DNA from: Octopus vulgaris
Lineage: Eukaryota
Length of the DNA: 64,000 nucleotides
Assembly: GCA_951406725.2 (NCBI GenBank)
Contig: OX597824.1
Coordinates: 15,128,001 to 15,192,000 of the forward strand
Reading direction: 5' to 3'
The position numbers and the translations under genes were made by a program. How positions within the stretch are numbered: position 1 is the first letter of the stretch; each line of letters begins with the position of its first letter. This document shows, piece by piece, positions 43,523-58,164 of the stretch. The notes below the pieces were generated by a model, which saw nothing but the letters and a program-made list of their open reading frames with translations, ran no database searches and had not been told where the DNA came from.

Positions 43523-43917
43523 ATCGAGAGTTACGCAAATGCCAGAACTGGGCGCCACTGCGTGGTGCCTAGGACTCCAAACCTGCCATCAAGATGTAGG
43601 ACAAGATACTGTGATAGCCTGGGCTTCCGAGGCCCACAGCTCTTCAATATCCTCCCGAAGAACCTGAGAGACCTGCATGGGGTGGATACAGATGTCTTTA
43701 AAATGAAGCTGGATCTCTTCCTGTCAGGTGTCCCAGATGAACCAACTTCACGGCAGGAGGGGCAGATGAGGGCAGCTGCATCGAACTCTCTCATGCACCA
43801 AATAGCAGTTGCTAGAAAGCCTCCATGAAGTGAAACCAAGTAGCAACACCAAATGGCGGTGCCCCAGCATGGCCACAGCTCATAAGCTGAAACTAGAATC
43901 AATCAATCAATCAATCA

Positions 43918-43920
<3 letters not shown>
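43523..43920 (+). mobile_element. 5'-truncated CR1-group LINE: ORF2 C-terminus, 3' UTR, (AATC)n tail
   Basis: Open frame [13 protein letters not shown]...GPQLFNILPKNLRD...FKMKLDLFLSGVPDEP...AAASNSLMHQ to stop at 43828; UTR ends ggcggtgccccagcatggccacagctcataagctgaaac. Confidence 0.85.
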
Positions 43921-43982
<62 letters not shown>

Positions 43983-43983
<1 letters not shown>

Positions 43984-44192
43984 GTTGGAATTTACAAAAA
44001 AAAACAAACAAAAACGAAAGACAAGATAGGTGTGTAGACAACAAACAAGTGTATTAGTTTAACGCTTGGGAAGGTGAGAAAGTCTTTTACGATTCGAACC
44101 TACGCGCGCAAGAGAAAGGAACACGAGAAAATAAACAGAGAGAGAATAAAAAAAAAGCTTTAGTGGCTAGCGGTCGATCATGGCGATGGCCA
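43983..44192 (-). mobile_element. Hammerhead-bearing Penelope-like terminal repeat, copy 3 (core decayed)
   Basis: cttt-ctcttgc...gcgtaggttc-gaatc-GTA-aaagactttc; 3' end abuts a TA array. Confidence 0.6.
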
Positions 44193-44462
44193 GAGAGAGG
44201 TGGTGAGATAGGAGAGCTAGGAAGAAGGGAAGATAATATATATACACACACAGACATTCATTATATGTGTATACAGAGACGCAAACATGTATGTATACGC
44301 GCGCAGAGAGACATATCTATGTATGTAAATAGGTGTGAACAAGTCATATCAATCAATCTATATATGTATGTACACGTAAAAGTGTGTGTGTATACATATA
44401 TGTGTGTGTGTTTGTGTATGATTCTGTATCTATGTATGTATACTAATACATATGTAAACCGT

Positions 44463-44505
<43 letters not shown>

Positions 44506-44726
44506 TATATGCACAGATATCTATACGTACATATATGCATACAAGCATATATTTACTGATATAGATATACGTATTATATGCATATATATATATAATACAT
44601 ACATACGTACACGCACATACACACACGTGCACACGCACACACCCATACTCAAACACACGCATACGCACAGACACTATATATATATATATATATACATAAA
44701 TATATATGTATACATATACATATATA

Positions 44727-44771
<45 letters not shown>

Positions 44772-45547
44772 CACATTCATACATATATGTACACATATAA
44801 ATTGCAGTGTTTACGTAGGTATGCGTGGACGCCTGGGGGGTTTTAAGATTTTGTTTAATAAACAAAAGATTAAGAATGAGATAAATTGAACAACATCCGA
44901 GCTTGAAACCAAATAAAAGAACTTGTTGTGACTCGTTGATAATTATGTTTAACAATTGTAACTTGTCTTCGGTACTTTTGCCAATGGCATTCTGAAATTC
45001 TTCGATGGTTTAATAGTTTCCAGACCGAGAGAATTACACGGCAATTATGGCTTAATCTGTGATATATAAGGAAAGCAGGAAGAACAAAATGGTATATTTA
45101 CCTCGGTTCCACTACAAACGCAGTAATTGATTCGAAGAATGGTAAATTAATAGCCAGAAAAGCTCACATTTATTGGATAAGCTTCTATAGATACCTGCAA
45201 GACATTTCCCAACGTAAAACTTACACCAAACTTGCCAGACATTTAAACATTTAAAATATTTTTATCTTTATTATAAACTATTGGAATCTTGTCTTCTTTG
45301 GTTTCAATAATACTTTCTTCAAATAACAGTAAAATCTGTCGGTCTGTCTGTCCGTCCGTCCGTCTTTCTGTCAGTCCGTTTGTCTGTCTGTCTGTCTGTA
45401 TGTCTGTCCGTCTGTCTATCTGTCTGTCGGTCCATCCGTCTGTCTATTTATGTATGTATGTATGTATGTATGCATGTATGTATGTATGTATCTATCTATC
45501 TATATGTCTGTCTGTCTGTCTGTCTGTCTACCTGTCTATCTGTCTGC

Positions 45548-45625
<78 letters not shown>

Positions 45626-47269
45626 ATCTGTCTGTATGTCTGTCTGTCCGTCCATTCATCCATCTATCTATCTATCTATGTCTATGTAGCTATCTCTATC
45701 TATCTATCTATCTCTATCTATCTATCTATCTATCTATCTGTCTACCGAACTCTCTCTCTATTTATCTATTCCCACACATACATTGACGGAGGGAAAGAGA
45801 GAGCAAAAGAGAAAGTGAGAGAGAGGGAGAGAGCGAAAGCGAGAAAGGGAGAGAAAGGGAGAGAGAAATTGGGAGAGAGAGAGAGAGAGAGAGAGAGAAA
45901 GTGAATCATATCTATATGATGCAAGGCATAGAATTCTTTCGTCCTTTTTCATATATAAGAATTATTTTTATCGCGAGAATTCTTGATATTGCCTGAAAAT
46001 AGTCACACATACTCACATACACACACACACAAAATGATGGGTTTATATATATATATGTATAAAATGTATATATATCACGCTTAACTATACACGCACATAC
46101 ACATATACACATGCATATATACGCATGAACTGGAAGTATGAGTATTCAATACTAGGAAGGTGGATTGTTTTTTACTATAATGTGTTATATTTTCGGTACC
46201 TAAGTTTTCATGTAGACAAAATTCAGCAATTATGCAGTAAAAATTCAAATCTCAAATGACAACCTATTGAGTCCCATTGCCAGCAGATTGTTAAAGTCGT
46301 TAAGCAATAAAGTAGATGTTAACTTCACGTGGTTTATTTCAATATCAAGTCACGTGATCTCCTTTCTTGTATGTGCCCGACTAATGGAACGACATTGCAG
46401 CGCTATATCTAAGGACCTATCTCCAACTTCTCAATGACCAATGATTCTCGGGCGAGGTGGCTGGATGTGTGATCCTGCGGTTTGAAGAAATAGTAGCCAA
46501 ATATATCCTAAATTCATCCAAACCTATTAAAAATCAACGGAAATTATATAATATATTTTTAGGTACAATGTCCAAAAAAGACAGGGATGGTCATGTGTGG
46601 AATGTCTTTTATCATAGATCATCATGTAAGATACAAACGGGGTTTTATATGAAGGTGATGTGGTTGTGGTGGTGGCTGTGTTGCTGGTTGTGGTGATGGT
46701 AGTGATGGTGGTAGTGGTGGTGGTGGTGGTGGTGGTGGTGGCAGTGTTGGTAGTGGTGGTGGTGGTGGTGCACAAATCAATAGTGATGATGATATTGATG
46801 ATTGTTGTTGTTGTTGTGGTGGTGGTGGTGGGAATATTGGCAACGGTGGCAGTAGAAATTGCAATGTTACTGGCTGCGGTGGCGGCGGTGATGGTAGTGG
46901 TGGTGGTGGTGGTGGTGGTGGTGATGGTAGGGCTAATGAGGATGCTGGGGATATGATGATCTTGATAATTGTGACGGAGGTAGTTAGTAGTGGTGGTAGT
47001 TGTTTGCAGTGGTGGTGGTGGATGTTGCGATGATAATTACGGATGTGGCGAACAAGATGGTTGCGATGTTGGCGGTGGTGTTGGCGATTTTGTTATATGG
47101 AGGTGGGGATATGGGAATGGAGAGGGAGAGGTAGATTTATTTATTTTAAATTATAAAATTGCTTATTCATGAAAACCGAATCGATACACAGGGACACTCC
47201 ACACATGCCAACTTATACAGACAAACAGGCAAGCAAATGTATATGTTTGTGTATGTACACATCTATATA

Positions 47270-47343
<74 letters not shown>

Positions 47344-47495
47344 GTATATATATAATATATATACATGTATAGATATGCATATTTATACATAAATAATTTT
47401 ATGCATGTATTATATACATAAAATATATATAAACAAAGATATATATATATACCCATATATATTATACATATATTAAAAATATACAGCATAATATA

Positions 47496-47538
<43 letters not shown>

Positions 47539-47630
47539 ATATATAAATATATATGTATATATATATATATATATATATACATATATATATACATAGATAT
47601 ATGTGTATATATATATATATATATATACAT

Positions 47631-47688
<58 letters not shown>

Positions 47689-47748
47689 ATGTATCACATA
47701 TTCATTTATATTAAAATAAAGTTTAGCTATATTTTATCGTGCACAACA

Positions 47749-47828
<80 letters not shown>

Positions 47829-48292
47829 CATCAGTCTACTCGTCTATCTATCTTTCTACGTGCATGCGTATAATTCAAGACATCCTTTAGTTTAAAATGT
47901 TTAAAGAAACCTAACAACATCTCCCTATTGTAACAGTAATTTACCCGCAGGGTTTTATATTTAAACTGAGAATGCAATACAATATATAGAATAAAGAATT
48001 CTTCACTTTCCATTTTCCATCCGTATTGATAAACGTTGCTCAATGATTCCACCAGCACCAGACCTTCGCGAAAGTTCCCTCTCGGTTATTGTTTTCTTCT
48101 CATTCTTCTATTGTTATTCCATAATCGACCAGCGATACCTTGAAAAGTTCCTTAACACAACAATGTCCGTGAAGTATGGAATGGTTTGTTGCTAAACATA
48201 CATACATGAATGCATACATAACAGTACAGGACATTGTATATATTCTTATGTATATCTGCATAAATATGTGCATATATACGTATATATAAACT

Positions 48293-48339
<47 letters not shown>

Positions 48340-48342
48340 CTG

Positions 48343-48436
<94 letters not shown>

Positions 48437-48526
48437 CATCTATATATATATATATACATGTATATATATATATACATGTATATATATATATATATATATA
48501 TGTCCGTATGTATGTATGTGTGCATG

Positions 48527-48587
<61 letters not shown>

Positions 48588-48665
48588 GTCCGTATGTATG
48601 TATGTGTGCATGTATATACATATATGTGCATATATATATATGCATATATAACTATATAAATATGC

Positions 48666-48701
<36 letters not shown>

Positions 48702-49166
48702 ATATATACACAAGCATTTATATACATACACACGCACACCCACACAAACACACACACACATATGTATGTGTATATATGTACATATGTGTGCGTATCTATG
48801 TGTGTGTGTGTGTGTGTGTGTTTGTGTGTGTGTTTGTGTGTGTGTATAGTTGCATATCTATGCATGTATGCTTTTAAGCATCTATGGATGTGTATGTTTC
48901 TCTACGAGCATCTATGTGTGTGATGTATGGGAAAGACTTATATGGATTCCTTTAAATTGTTAGTCGAGGAAAAATCCTCAGCCGAATCGTTTCTAAAAGC
49001 CAATGAAAGTATTCTTTGTAGTTGTATTGAGAAAGTCATCACTGGTACCATTATATAATTGTATTTCATTAATATTGACTAACTAGTAAGATAGTAATAG
49101 TTGCTCACTCTAGCGCTGATGTTAGACACACGTACTCACACACACATGCTCACACAGACACACACA

Positions 49167-49222
49167 CATCATCATCATCATCATTTAGCGTCCGCTTTCC
49201 ATGCTAGCATGGGTTGGACTGA
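49167..49222 (-). mobile_element. Very short RTE-type 3' tail with (ATG)n repeats
   Basis: tccaacccatgctagcatggaaagcggacgctaaatgatgatgatg. Confidence 0.55.
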
Positions 49223-49228
49223 CACATA

Positions 49229-49641
49229 TCTCTTTCTTTCTCTTTTCTCTTTTACTTGTTTCAGTCATTTGACTGCGGCCATGCTGGAGCACCGCCTTTA
49301 ATCGAGCAACTCGACCCCGGGACTTATTCTTTGTAAGCCCAGTACTTATTCTATCGTTCTCTTTTGCCGAACCGCTAAGTAACGGGGACATAAACACACC
49401 AGCATCGGTTGTCAAGCAATGCTAGGGGGACAAACACTGACACACAAACACACACACATACATATATATACATATATACGACGGGCTTCTTTCAGTTTCC
49501 GTCTACCAAATCCACTCACAAGGCATTGGTCGGCCCGAGGCTATAGCAGAAGACACTTGCCCAAGATGCCGCGCAGTGGGACTGAACCCGGAACCATGTG
49601 GTTGGTAGGCAAGCTACTTACCACACAGCCACTCCTGCGCC
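49229..49641 (-). mobile_element. SINE family A, full length, young
   Basis: Collinear with other copies. Confidence 0.93.
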
Positions 49642-49952
49642 TGTATATATATTTATATAAAATTAATAAAAATAATATTTCGTATATTTTCATTTGTCTT
49701 GTTTAATGCTTTGGTTTTGTGCTGAGTTTTTATTTGAGAACATACTCTTTGTGGAAAATAGCGATTTGACGTCTATATCTAGCATGTTGACTGTCCAATT
49801 TTCGTGTTCAGTCCTTTAAATTTTGTCTGTAAAAATATTTTAATCTTCGGATTCTTTTTAATATGCTGGGCCACTGGTTTTAATTGACTAATATCAATTT
49901 CTACCCTTATTAAATTTTATATATCTATATATATAGCATGCGTTTAATATAT

Positions 49953-49983
<31 letters not shown>

Positions 49984-50109
49984 ATATACTTAACCTTGTT
50001 ACTTGTTTTTCTCACCTAACTTGGAGCTGCGAGGACTATAGTTGAAGTAACTAATTCAACTATATCTTAATTATGTATATATATGTTATTTTATATATAC
50101 AGACGCATG

Positions 50110-50169
<60 letters not shown>

Positions 50170-50232
50170 AATAAAATATATGCATATATATAAACATATA
50201 TGTACGTACCTACCTCTACATGTACATATACA

Positions 50233-50276
<44 letters not shown>

Positions 50277-50668
50277 GGCGCAGGAGTGACTGTGTGGTAA
50301 GTAGCTTGCTAAACAACCACATGGTTCCGGGCTCAGTCCCACTGCGTGGCATCTTGGGCAAGTGTCTTCTGCTATAGCCCCGGGCCGAATAATGCCTTGT
50401 GAGTGGATTTGGTAGACGGAAACTGAAAGAAGCCTGTCGTATATATGTATGTATATATATGTATATGTATGTGTATGTGTTTGTGTGTCTGTGTTTGTAC
50501 CCCAACCGATGCTGGTGTGTTTACGTCCCTGTCACTTCGCGGTTCGGCAAAACAGACCGATAGAATAAGTACTGGGCTTACAAAGAATAAGTCTCGGGGT
50601 CGATTTGCTCGACTAAAGGCGGTGCTCCAGCATGGCCACAGTCAAATGACAGAAACATATAAAAGAGT
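50277..50668 (+). mobile_element. SINE family A, full length
   Basis: Collinear with other copies, small internal deletion. Confidence 0.92.
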
Positions 50669-50698
50669 ATATTTATATATTAAAGAATATAGAAGTGA

Positions 50699-51014
50699 AG
50701 GCGCATGGTTCAGTGGTTAGAGCGTCGAGCTTACGATCGTGAGGTTGTGAGCTCGAATCCCGGACCAGGCTGCGTGTTGTGTTCTTGACACTTTATTTCA
50801 CGTTGCTCCAGTTCACTCAGCTGTAGAAATGAGTTGCGACATCACAGGTACCAAGCTGTATCGGCTGCTGCCTTTCTCTCGGATAACACTGGTGCCGTGG
50901 AGAGGGAGGCTGGTATGCATGGACGACTGCTGGTCTTCCATAAACAACCTTGCCTGGACTTGTACCTGGGAGGGTAACTTTCTAGGTGCAATCCCATGGT
51001 CAGTGTCGTGACCG

Positions 51015-51015
<1 letters not shown>
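50699..51015 (+). mobile_element. SINE: family B head plus tail 3
   Basis: Head matches 1-134; after cactcagctgtagaaatgagttg the sequence differs from tails 1 and 2. Confidence 0.8.
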
Positions 51016-51069
<54 letters not shown>

Positions 51070-51074
51070 ATAAT

Positions 51075-51337
51075 AAATATTAGGGAATAAATCCAAATTT
51101 ACAGGGAAAAATCAGATTTAGGATTGAATCCAATTTTATAGTAAAATATTATATAATATTAATTAGAGACAAAACCATATTATGCAAATCAAACAAAAAA
51201 GACTTAATCCAACACATAAAATTTTTTTTTAATAAATTAAATAAAATTAATTTTAATTAATTTATTAAAAAAATTTTTTTATGTATTGGATTAAGTCTTT
51301 CTTTGTTTAATTTGCATAATAGTGGTTTTGTCTCTAA

Positions 51338-51349
<12 letters not shown>
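51075..51349 (-). mobile_element. Fold-back element between TA arrays (about 90-bp arms)
   Basis: 51150-51240 is inverted at 51257-51349; terminus shared with 53128-53510. Confidence 0.65.
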
Positions 51350-51417
<68 letters not shown>

Positions 51418-51534
51418 TATCATATATATATATGTGGCACAAAAAATTGTACAGCAGGTGACCTGGATCCATCAATCTCACAGATGGGACTATCCACAAT
51501 AGTAGTAGTAATAGTAATTATAATAATATTAATA

Positions 51535-52028
51535 ATTGCCCTGATGCAGTACCAGGCAGTGGCTCTCATGGCTTCTGAGCTTAACTGATTGGAAGTGTTA
51601 TCATGTATATTCTTTTGTCTTGGTATAAAAGATGGGCTACAGCAAATATTCAATACCACAGATTTGCTGAAGATATGTGCATCTCTGACCACGAGCAGAA
51701 GTAGTGGGGGAGCATCATGGCCGTGTGTTGAAAGTTTGAATAATTCACCTTTGGAAACATGGGTGGTTCTATCAACATCCTTAAACAATCCTTATTCAGG
51801 GACCTTTTGAGTGGGATGGGCTACTCGGCCAGAAGAAAATTCTAACTGGGCCCCACCTGCAAGGTCATGCACTGTTAATCTTGATATGAGATCACCATGT
51901 CGTGCACATATGGTTGTGTTGCATGTTCCTAGTGTAACCTTATCAGACGTATATACATGATGGGTATACTGGGCTTCATATATTTTACCCCAGGGTCACT
52001 TTGATGGTATGCACTGCTCTCTCACTCA
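51535..52028. mobile_element. Interspersed repeat embedded in an (AAT)n tract, possibly derived from a microsatellite-targeting non-LTR element
   Basis: Complex, GC-richer 0.5-kb block with AAT-rich repeats on both sides; no recognisable ORF. Confidence 0.35.
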
Positions 52029-52040
52029 ATAATAATAACA

Positions 52041-52116
<76 letters not shown>

Positions 52117-53069
52117 CAATAATAATAATAATGATGATAATGATAATAAGCGATATGTATATCTAATCAAAAGAAAAAGAAGAAAAACCAATCAAAATAC
52201 ATGATTTCACCCACCCATTTCGAAATAAAACTCGCAAATGGTGCCATTAAAGGCGATGTAATGAATTAAATTGTTATTTCAACCACCTACTCTGAAGATA
52301 TGGAGTAGAGTAAGACAAAGAGGTGGAGAAGGAATGGGAAAGGAGTTAGATGAAGAGGAAAAGAGACGAAGATAATTTTACAAACATTTAGGTTGGAAAG
52401 GTAACTGACACATGGTCGGTCAATCTGCTAAAAATAGAAGCTAAAAATCTCAAAAAATCACACTGCCAAGTCTTAAGAACAGTAAAGTTGCTGACATAGA
52501 GATGATTGGATTTTCATGACTGGAAAGCCTTTCCTCATCGTTTTCATTATTATACGACTGATCGAGATGCGTGAAACTGCAGGATATAGAAGCTACGTTT
52601 TCGTAAACTCACTAACCACCAGCTTAAATGAGGTGAAATAATGTGAAATATATTCGCATATAGACAACCAAACGAAGTCTCACACACAAACACACCCCAT
52701 ACTAACGTCAATGGTGTAATCGTTCTTTTGTTGATAAATAAATAAATAAATATTTTTATATATATATGTATGTACGGTCATACAATTGACGTTAGTATGT
52801 AGGTGGGGCACAAGTGACTCGATTGAGGTTAGTGACATTAAAGAGCATTACCGCCTATTTAACCTAAAATGAAAATACTTTGCTTGAATAAGAAGTTTAT
52901 ACGAAACGGTCTACAGAGACGATACCATAACAATTCACAAACTACTGACAGCTTGTTTTTAAAAAAGCTTCCTTTTCATTTTTAAATATATACACACACG
53001 TATGTCCACACGAATAAATATATATAGATATATAAACATGCATATATATATGTATGTATACATATAAGA

Positions 53070-53127
<58 letters not shown>

Positions 53128-53131
<4 letters not shown>

Positions 53132-53504
53132 AATTAGAAAAAACCCACTTTTTATCAATTCAAAATGAACAATTAAATTACACCATCTAGAAAATTACAT
53201 ATAATAGAAAAGTTAAAATTAAAATAACTATAAAATGTAAAGGTTAAGTAAATTGCAAAAATGATAATAAAAACGTATGTATGCAATTTACTTAATCTTT
53301 ACATTTTATAGTTATTTTAATTTTAACTTTTCTATTATATGTAATTTTCTAGATGTTGTAATTTAATTGTTCATTTTGAATTGATAAAAGGTAGTTTTTT
53401 TTAAAATTTTTCATATATATTTATTATAATTGTGTGAAATTTGATTTAGTATTTCTAAATTTAATTTTTTTCCTTGTAAGTTTGGATTTTATTCCCTCAA
53501 ATAA

Positions 53505-53510
<6 letters not shown>
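53128..53510 (+). mobile_element. Fold-back element between TA arrays (130-bp arms)
   Basis: 53128-53257 is inverted at 53282-53412, then a unique tail. Confidence 0.7.
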
Positions 53511-53578
<68 letters not shown>

Positions 53579-53660
53579 GGTGTTAGGCACACCTCCATTA
53601 CTAGAAATAAGAGATAAAATGGCTCTAATTCTGTAGGCAAGGCACATAACTGTATAGATA

Positions 53661-54019
53661 TACTCTTTTACTCTCTCTTTTACTTGTTTCAGTCATTTGA
53701 CTGCGGCCATGCTGGAGCACCGCCTTTAGTCGAGCAACTCGACCCCGGGACTTATTCTTTTTGTAAGCCCAGTACTTATTCTATCGGTCTCTTTTTGCCG
53801 AGCCGCTAAGTGACGGGGACGTAAACACACCAGCATCAGTTGTCAAGCAATGCTAGGGGAACAAACACAGACACACAAACACATACATATATATATATAC
53901 ATATATACGACAGGCTTCTTTCAGTTTCCGTCTACCAAATCTACTCACAAGGCATTGGTCGGCCCGGGGCAATAGTAGAAGACACTTGCCCAAGGTGCCA
54001 CGCAGTGAGATTGAACCCG
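53661..54019 (-). mobile_element. SINE family A, 5' truncated, young
   Basis: Collinear with other copies. Confidence 0.9.
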
Positions 54020-54068
54020 ATATATATATTGACAGAGACTATAATCGTCCGAAAACATCGATCGTGAA

Positions 54069-54151
<83 letters not shown>

Positions 54152-54154
54152 ATA

Positions 54155-54246
<92 letters not shown>

Positions 54247-54286
54247 CACACACACATTATATATATATATATATATACATATATAT

Positions 54287-54363
<77 letters not shown>

Positions 54364-54367
54364 TATA

Positions 54368-54421
<54 letters not shown>

Positions 54422-54574
54422 GAAAAATGCATTAAATACTAAAAAACGTACACTTAGGACCGACACAAAGGATTTTAATTCTTCAGTTATCAACCGAAAT
54501 GTTAATACACAGTTTCATGCTTTTACATACATACATATATAAATAAATATGTTTGTATATATATATATATATAT

Positions 54575-54730
54575 GGAGTGGCTGTGTGGTAAGTAGCTTG
54601 CTAACCAACCACATGGTTCCGGGTTCAGTCCCACTGCGTGGCATCTTGGGCAAGTGTCTTCTGCTATAGCCCCAGGCCGACCAAAGCCTTGTGAGTGGAT
54701 TTGGTAGACGGAAACTGAAAGAAGCCTGTC

Positions 54731-54828
<98 letters not shown>

Positions 54829-55015
54829 TAGTCCCCCTAGCATTGCTTGACAACCGATGCTGGCGTGTTTATGTCCCCGTCACTTAGCGGTTCGGCAAAA
54901 GAGACCGATAGAATAAGTACTGGGCTTACAAAGAATAAGTCCCGGGGTCGATTTGCTCGACTAAAGGCGGTGCTCCAGCATGGCCGCAGTCAAATAACTG
55001 AAACAAGTAAAAGAG
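54575..55015 (+). mobile_element. SINE family A, near full length, young
   Basis: Collinear with other copies. Confidence 0.92.
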
Positions 55016-55039
55016 TATATAATATATATATATATATAT

Positions 55040-55270
55040 ATTTCTTTACTGCCCTCAAGGGGCTAAACATAGAGGGGACAAACACGGACAGACAAAGGGA
55101 TTAAGTCGATTACATCGACCCCAGTACGAAACTGGTACTTTATTTATCGACCCCCGAAAGGATGAAAGGCAAAGTCGACCTCGGCGGAATTTGAACTCAG
55201 AACGTAGCGATAGACGAAATACCGCTAAGCATTTCGCCCGGCTCGCTAACGTTTCTGCCAGCTCGCCGCC
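55040..55270 (-). mobile_element. SINE family C, full-length monomer
   Basis: Head ggcggcgagctggcagaaacgttagc, B-box-like gagttcaaattcc, central domain, tail ...agtaaagaaa. Confidence 0.88.
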
Positions 55271-55587
55271 CTATATATATTTATCCTTACAACACTAATT
55301 AGCAGAACATTTCACCTTCTCGGAGGGCAGTTAGCGTAGACAACAATGCAGATCTACGTAAATATGGACTTTAAATCCAACTCGTAAAAGCAACAAATAC
55401 TATTTGGTGTTGTTAGATTATCTAAGCAAGGAAAATTCCATTGCTGATATCGTCGAAAAAATTTCAATCAACTGATCTTATTGGGAGTTATCTCCCATAT
55501 TTAATCATCTTCGGGGAATTTTTGTTTACTAATTGTATAAATAATCTTTTAAACGTTTTTCTTTTTCTAAATGCACTGTTCTTAGAT

Positions 55588-55940
55588 CAGTTGTTCTCAA
55601 CCAGAGTCCCTGTAGTCCCTGAGAGTCCATATATATTTTTGGTTTTCCACGTTACAAAGTACTAAATTGGGGACCGACAATAGTATTCTAAGGGCCCCTG
55701 AAAAAAAAAAAATTTGCTTTAGATGTATGTATTGGCATGTATTGCAAGAAACAGCTGGGCTTCTTTCTCTGATGTTTTTCATGCTTCAACCTACACAAGC
55801 TAATGTGTGGAAACAAAATAGAAATTTTGAAGGAAGTATCTTCGAAACTAGTTTTTAAACATCGAATGGTTATGGGATTCCCAAGGATAAAATAATAATA
55901 AAAGGGATCTATAAGCAAAAAAAATGATTGAGAACCACTG
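55588..55940. mobile_element. hAT/Charlie-type MITE
   Basis: TIRs cagttgttctcaa / ttgagaaccactg; 8-bp flanks tcttagat / ccctagat with the Charlie-type TAGA preference. Confidence 0.8.
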
Positions 55941-56085
55941 CCCTAGATGAATTGTATTCACATAGTGTCTCATCACATACTTAATATAGTGGAATATATT
56001 TATGTATTCAGTATGCAGAACGCTCCCATGATGTATTTTCCCTCGGCCTTACTGTTGATATTCCTAATCATACTACCCCCCCCCC

Positions 56086-56141
<56 letters not shown>

Positions 56142-56145
<4 letters not shown>

Positions 56146-56430
56146 CAGTGTACATTTAAACACATTAGGATGTTTCCATCATAGGACTCCCTTACGCTAG
56201 AAGGAACAGCTAAAGTCCAAACCACTAATTAGGGATAAATTCTCGAAGGGAATAAAAATAAAGAATTTATCCCTTTTGCTGTTCCTTCTAGCGTAAGGGA
56301 GTCCTATGATGGAAACCTCTGAATTTGTTTAAATGTACACTGTATTTTATATGAATAATATATAGTCTTTTGACTAATTTTTCTCTACGCTGGTAGTAAA
56401 AATTTCTAAAATCTTTATTCCCCTGATATT
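56142..56430 (+). mobile_element. Fold-back element (69-bp arms plus a nested 13-bp inverted repeat)
   Basis: 56142-56210 is inverted at 56278-56346; inner agggataaattct / agaatttatccct. Confidence 0.7.
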
Positions 56431-56438
56431 ATATACAT

Positions 56439-56484
<46 letters not shown>

Positions 56485-57820
56485 TGTGTGTGTGTGTATG
56501 TGTGTTGTCACTTTTAATCTTGCAACCTGATTAGAATATGCGTTACTAGGTAGGGTTAATTATCCGGATCCGAAACGTGTCCGATGCTCTCTCCAGTCGG
56601 CTTTGAAGACCAGTTTCACGACAACCTATGTTGTCTATAATGTCCATAATTTCCATAAAAAAGGATCTTTTGAAAATGTACCTGTGGTTGTTTTTAGATT
56701 TGTCTTTAGAATTTAAAATCCGCCAGGAGTTTTTGCTTGGTTAATCTCAGTTGATCAAAATTACTTTTAATTCACGGTATTACATATGTGACACCGTACC
56801 GCATTTGTATTTATGTCGAATGTTCTCCTGAAATATTTGTTCTTATCGATATTGTATCATTTCATTGTGGTTTGATAGCGATGTAACGTACTCAGAAAAA
56901 GATGATGGTCGACGCCATGTTTTTAAAAAATCTTGCACCAATTACGCTATATATGCTGGGACGATGGCATACCCTGCAGGCGTTTGTACAATGTTAAAAA
57001 CTGATTTATTTTATCAACATCTGCCTTAACATAACTTGACGAAGGAAGGACGAAGAGTTGAATAAAAATACATACAAAACAAAAACAAAGCGAAACGAAA
57101 CGATACAAAAATAAAAACAAGATAAAAAATTAACAAAAATGTCAGACGTGAAGATTCTTTTGATTGAAATTCAAAATCACGACCGGTCAGGAGGAGGTGA
57201 AGCTACTCTTTATTATATTTACATGATTTCTTCATAATTCACTAAAAATTTCAGTTACATATTTAAACACTCATAGAGACATTTCTAATACGTATTCCTA
57301 CCACCACGTTCTTCATCTACATTTCATATGTTTTTCGTCTTCCATCTCGTTTATTTTTACAAAAAATTTTTACGCCATATTTCTTTCACTTTTCTTTTAG
57401 CTTTAAACAAAAACTTCATTCGTGTTATTTTTTTTTTACCCCTATTTCGTTACCATTTTTAAAAATATATTTCAGTGCAGTAAATAAATACATTAGTGAA
57501 AAGCAAGAAATCATAAACACACAAGACTGTTTTAGCTCATGTAGACTGAGGCGATAATTTCTCGTGCAGCCAGACTATATTAAATCTATTGGATTTATTA
57601 AATCCGAATATTAATAATTTCAGATGACATTACATTTTCTTTGTCTTTTACACATTCACATGCATCCTGTAAAATACACACACATACGCGCGCGCGCGCA
57701 CACACACACACACACGCACACACACACATACACTTTATAAGCAAACAAATAAATTCGTACATATATATTTACATCTATCTATCTCTCTATCTACCAATCT
57801 ATCTATCTGTCTGCCTGCCT

Positions 57821-57851
<31 letters not shown>

Positions 57852-57901
57852 CGTCCGTTTGCCTGCCTGCCTGTCTGTCTGTCTGTCTGTCTACCTGCCT
57901 G

Positions 57902-58024
<123 letters not shown>

Positions 58025-58096
58025 GTCTGTCTGTCTGTCTGCCTGTCTGCCTGTCTGCCTGTCTGTCTGTCTATCTATCTATCGATCTATCTATCG

Positions 58097-58164
<68 letters not shown>

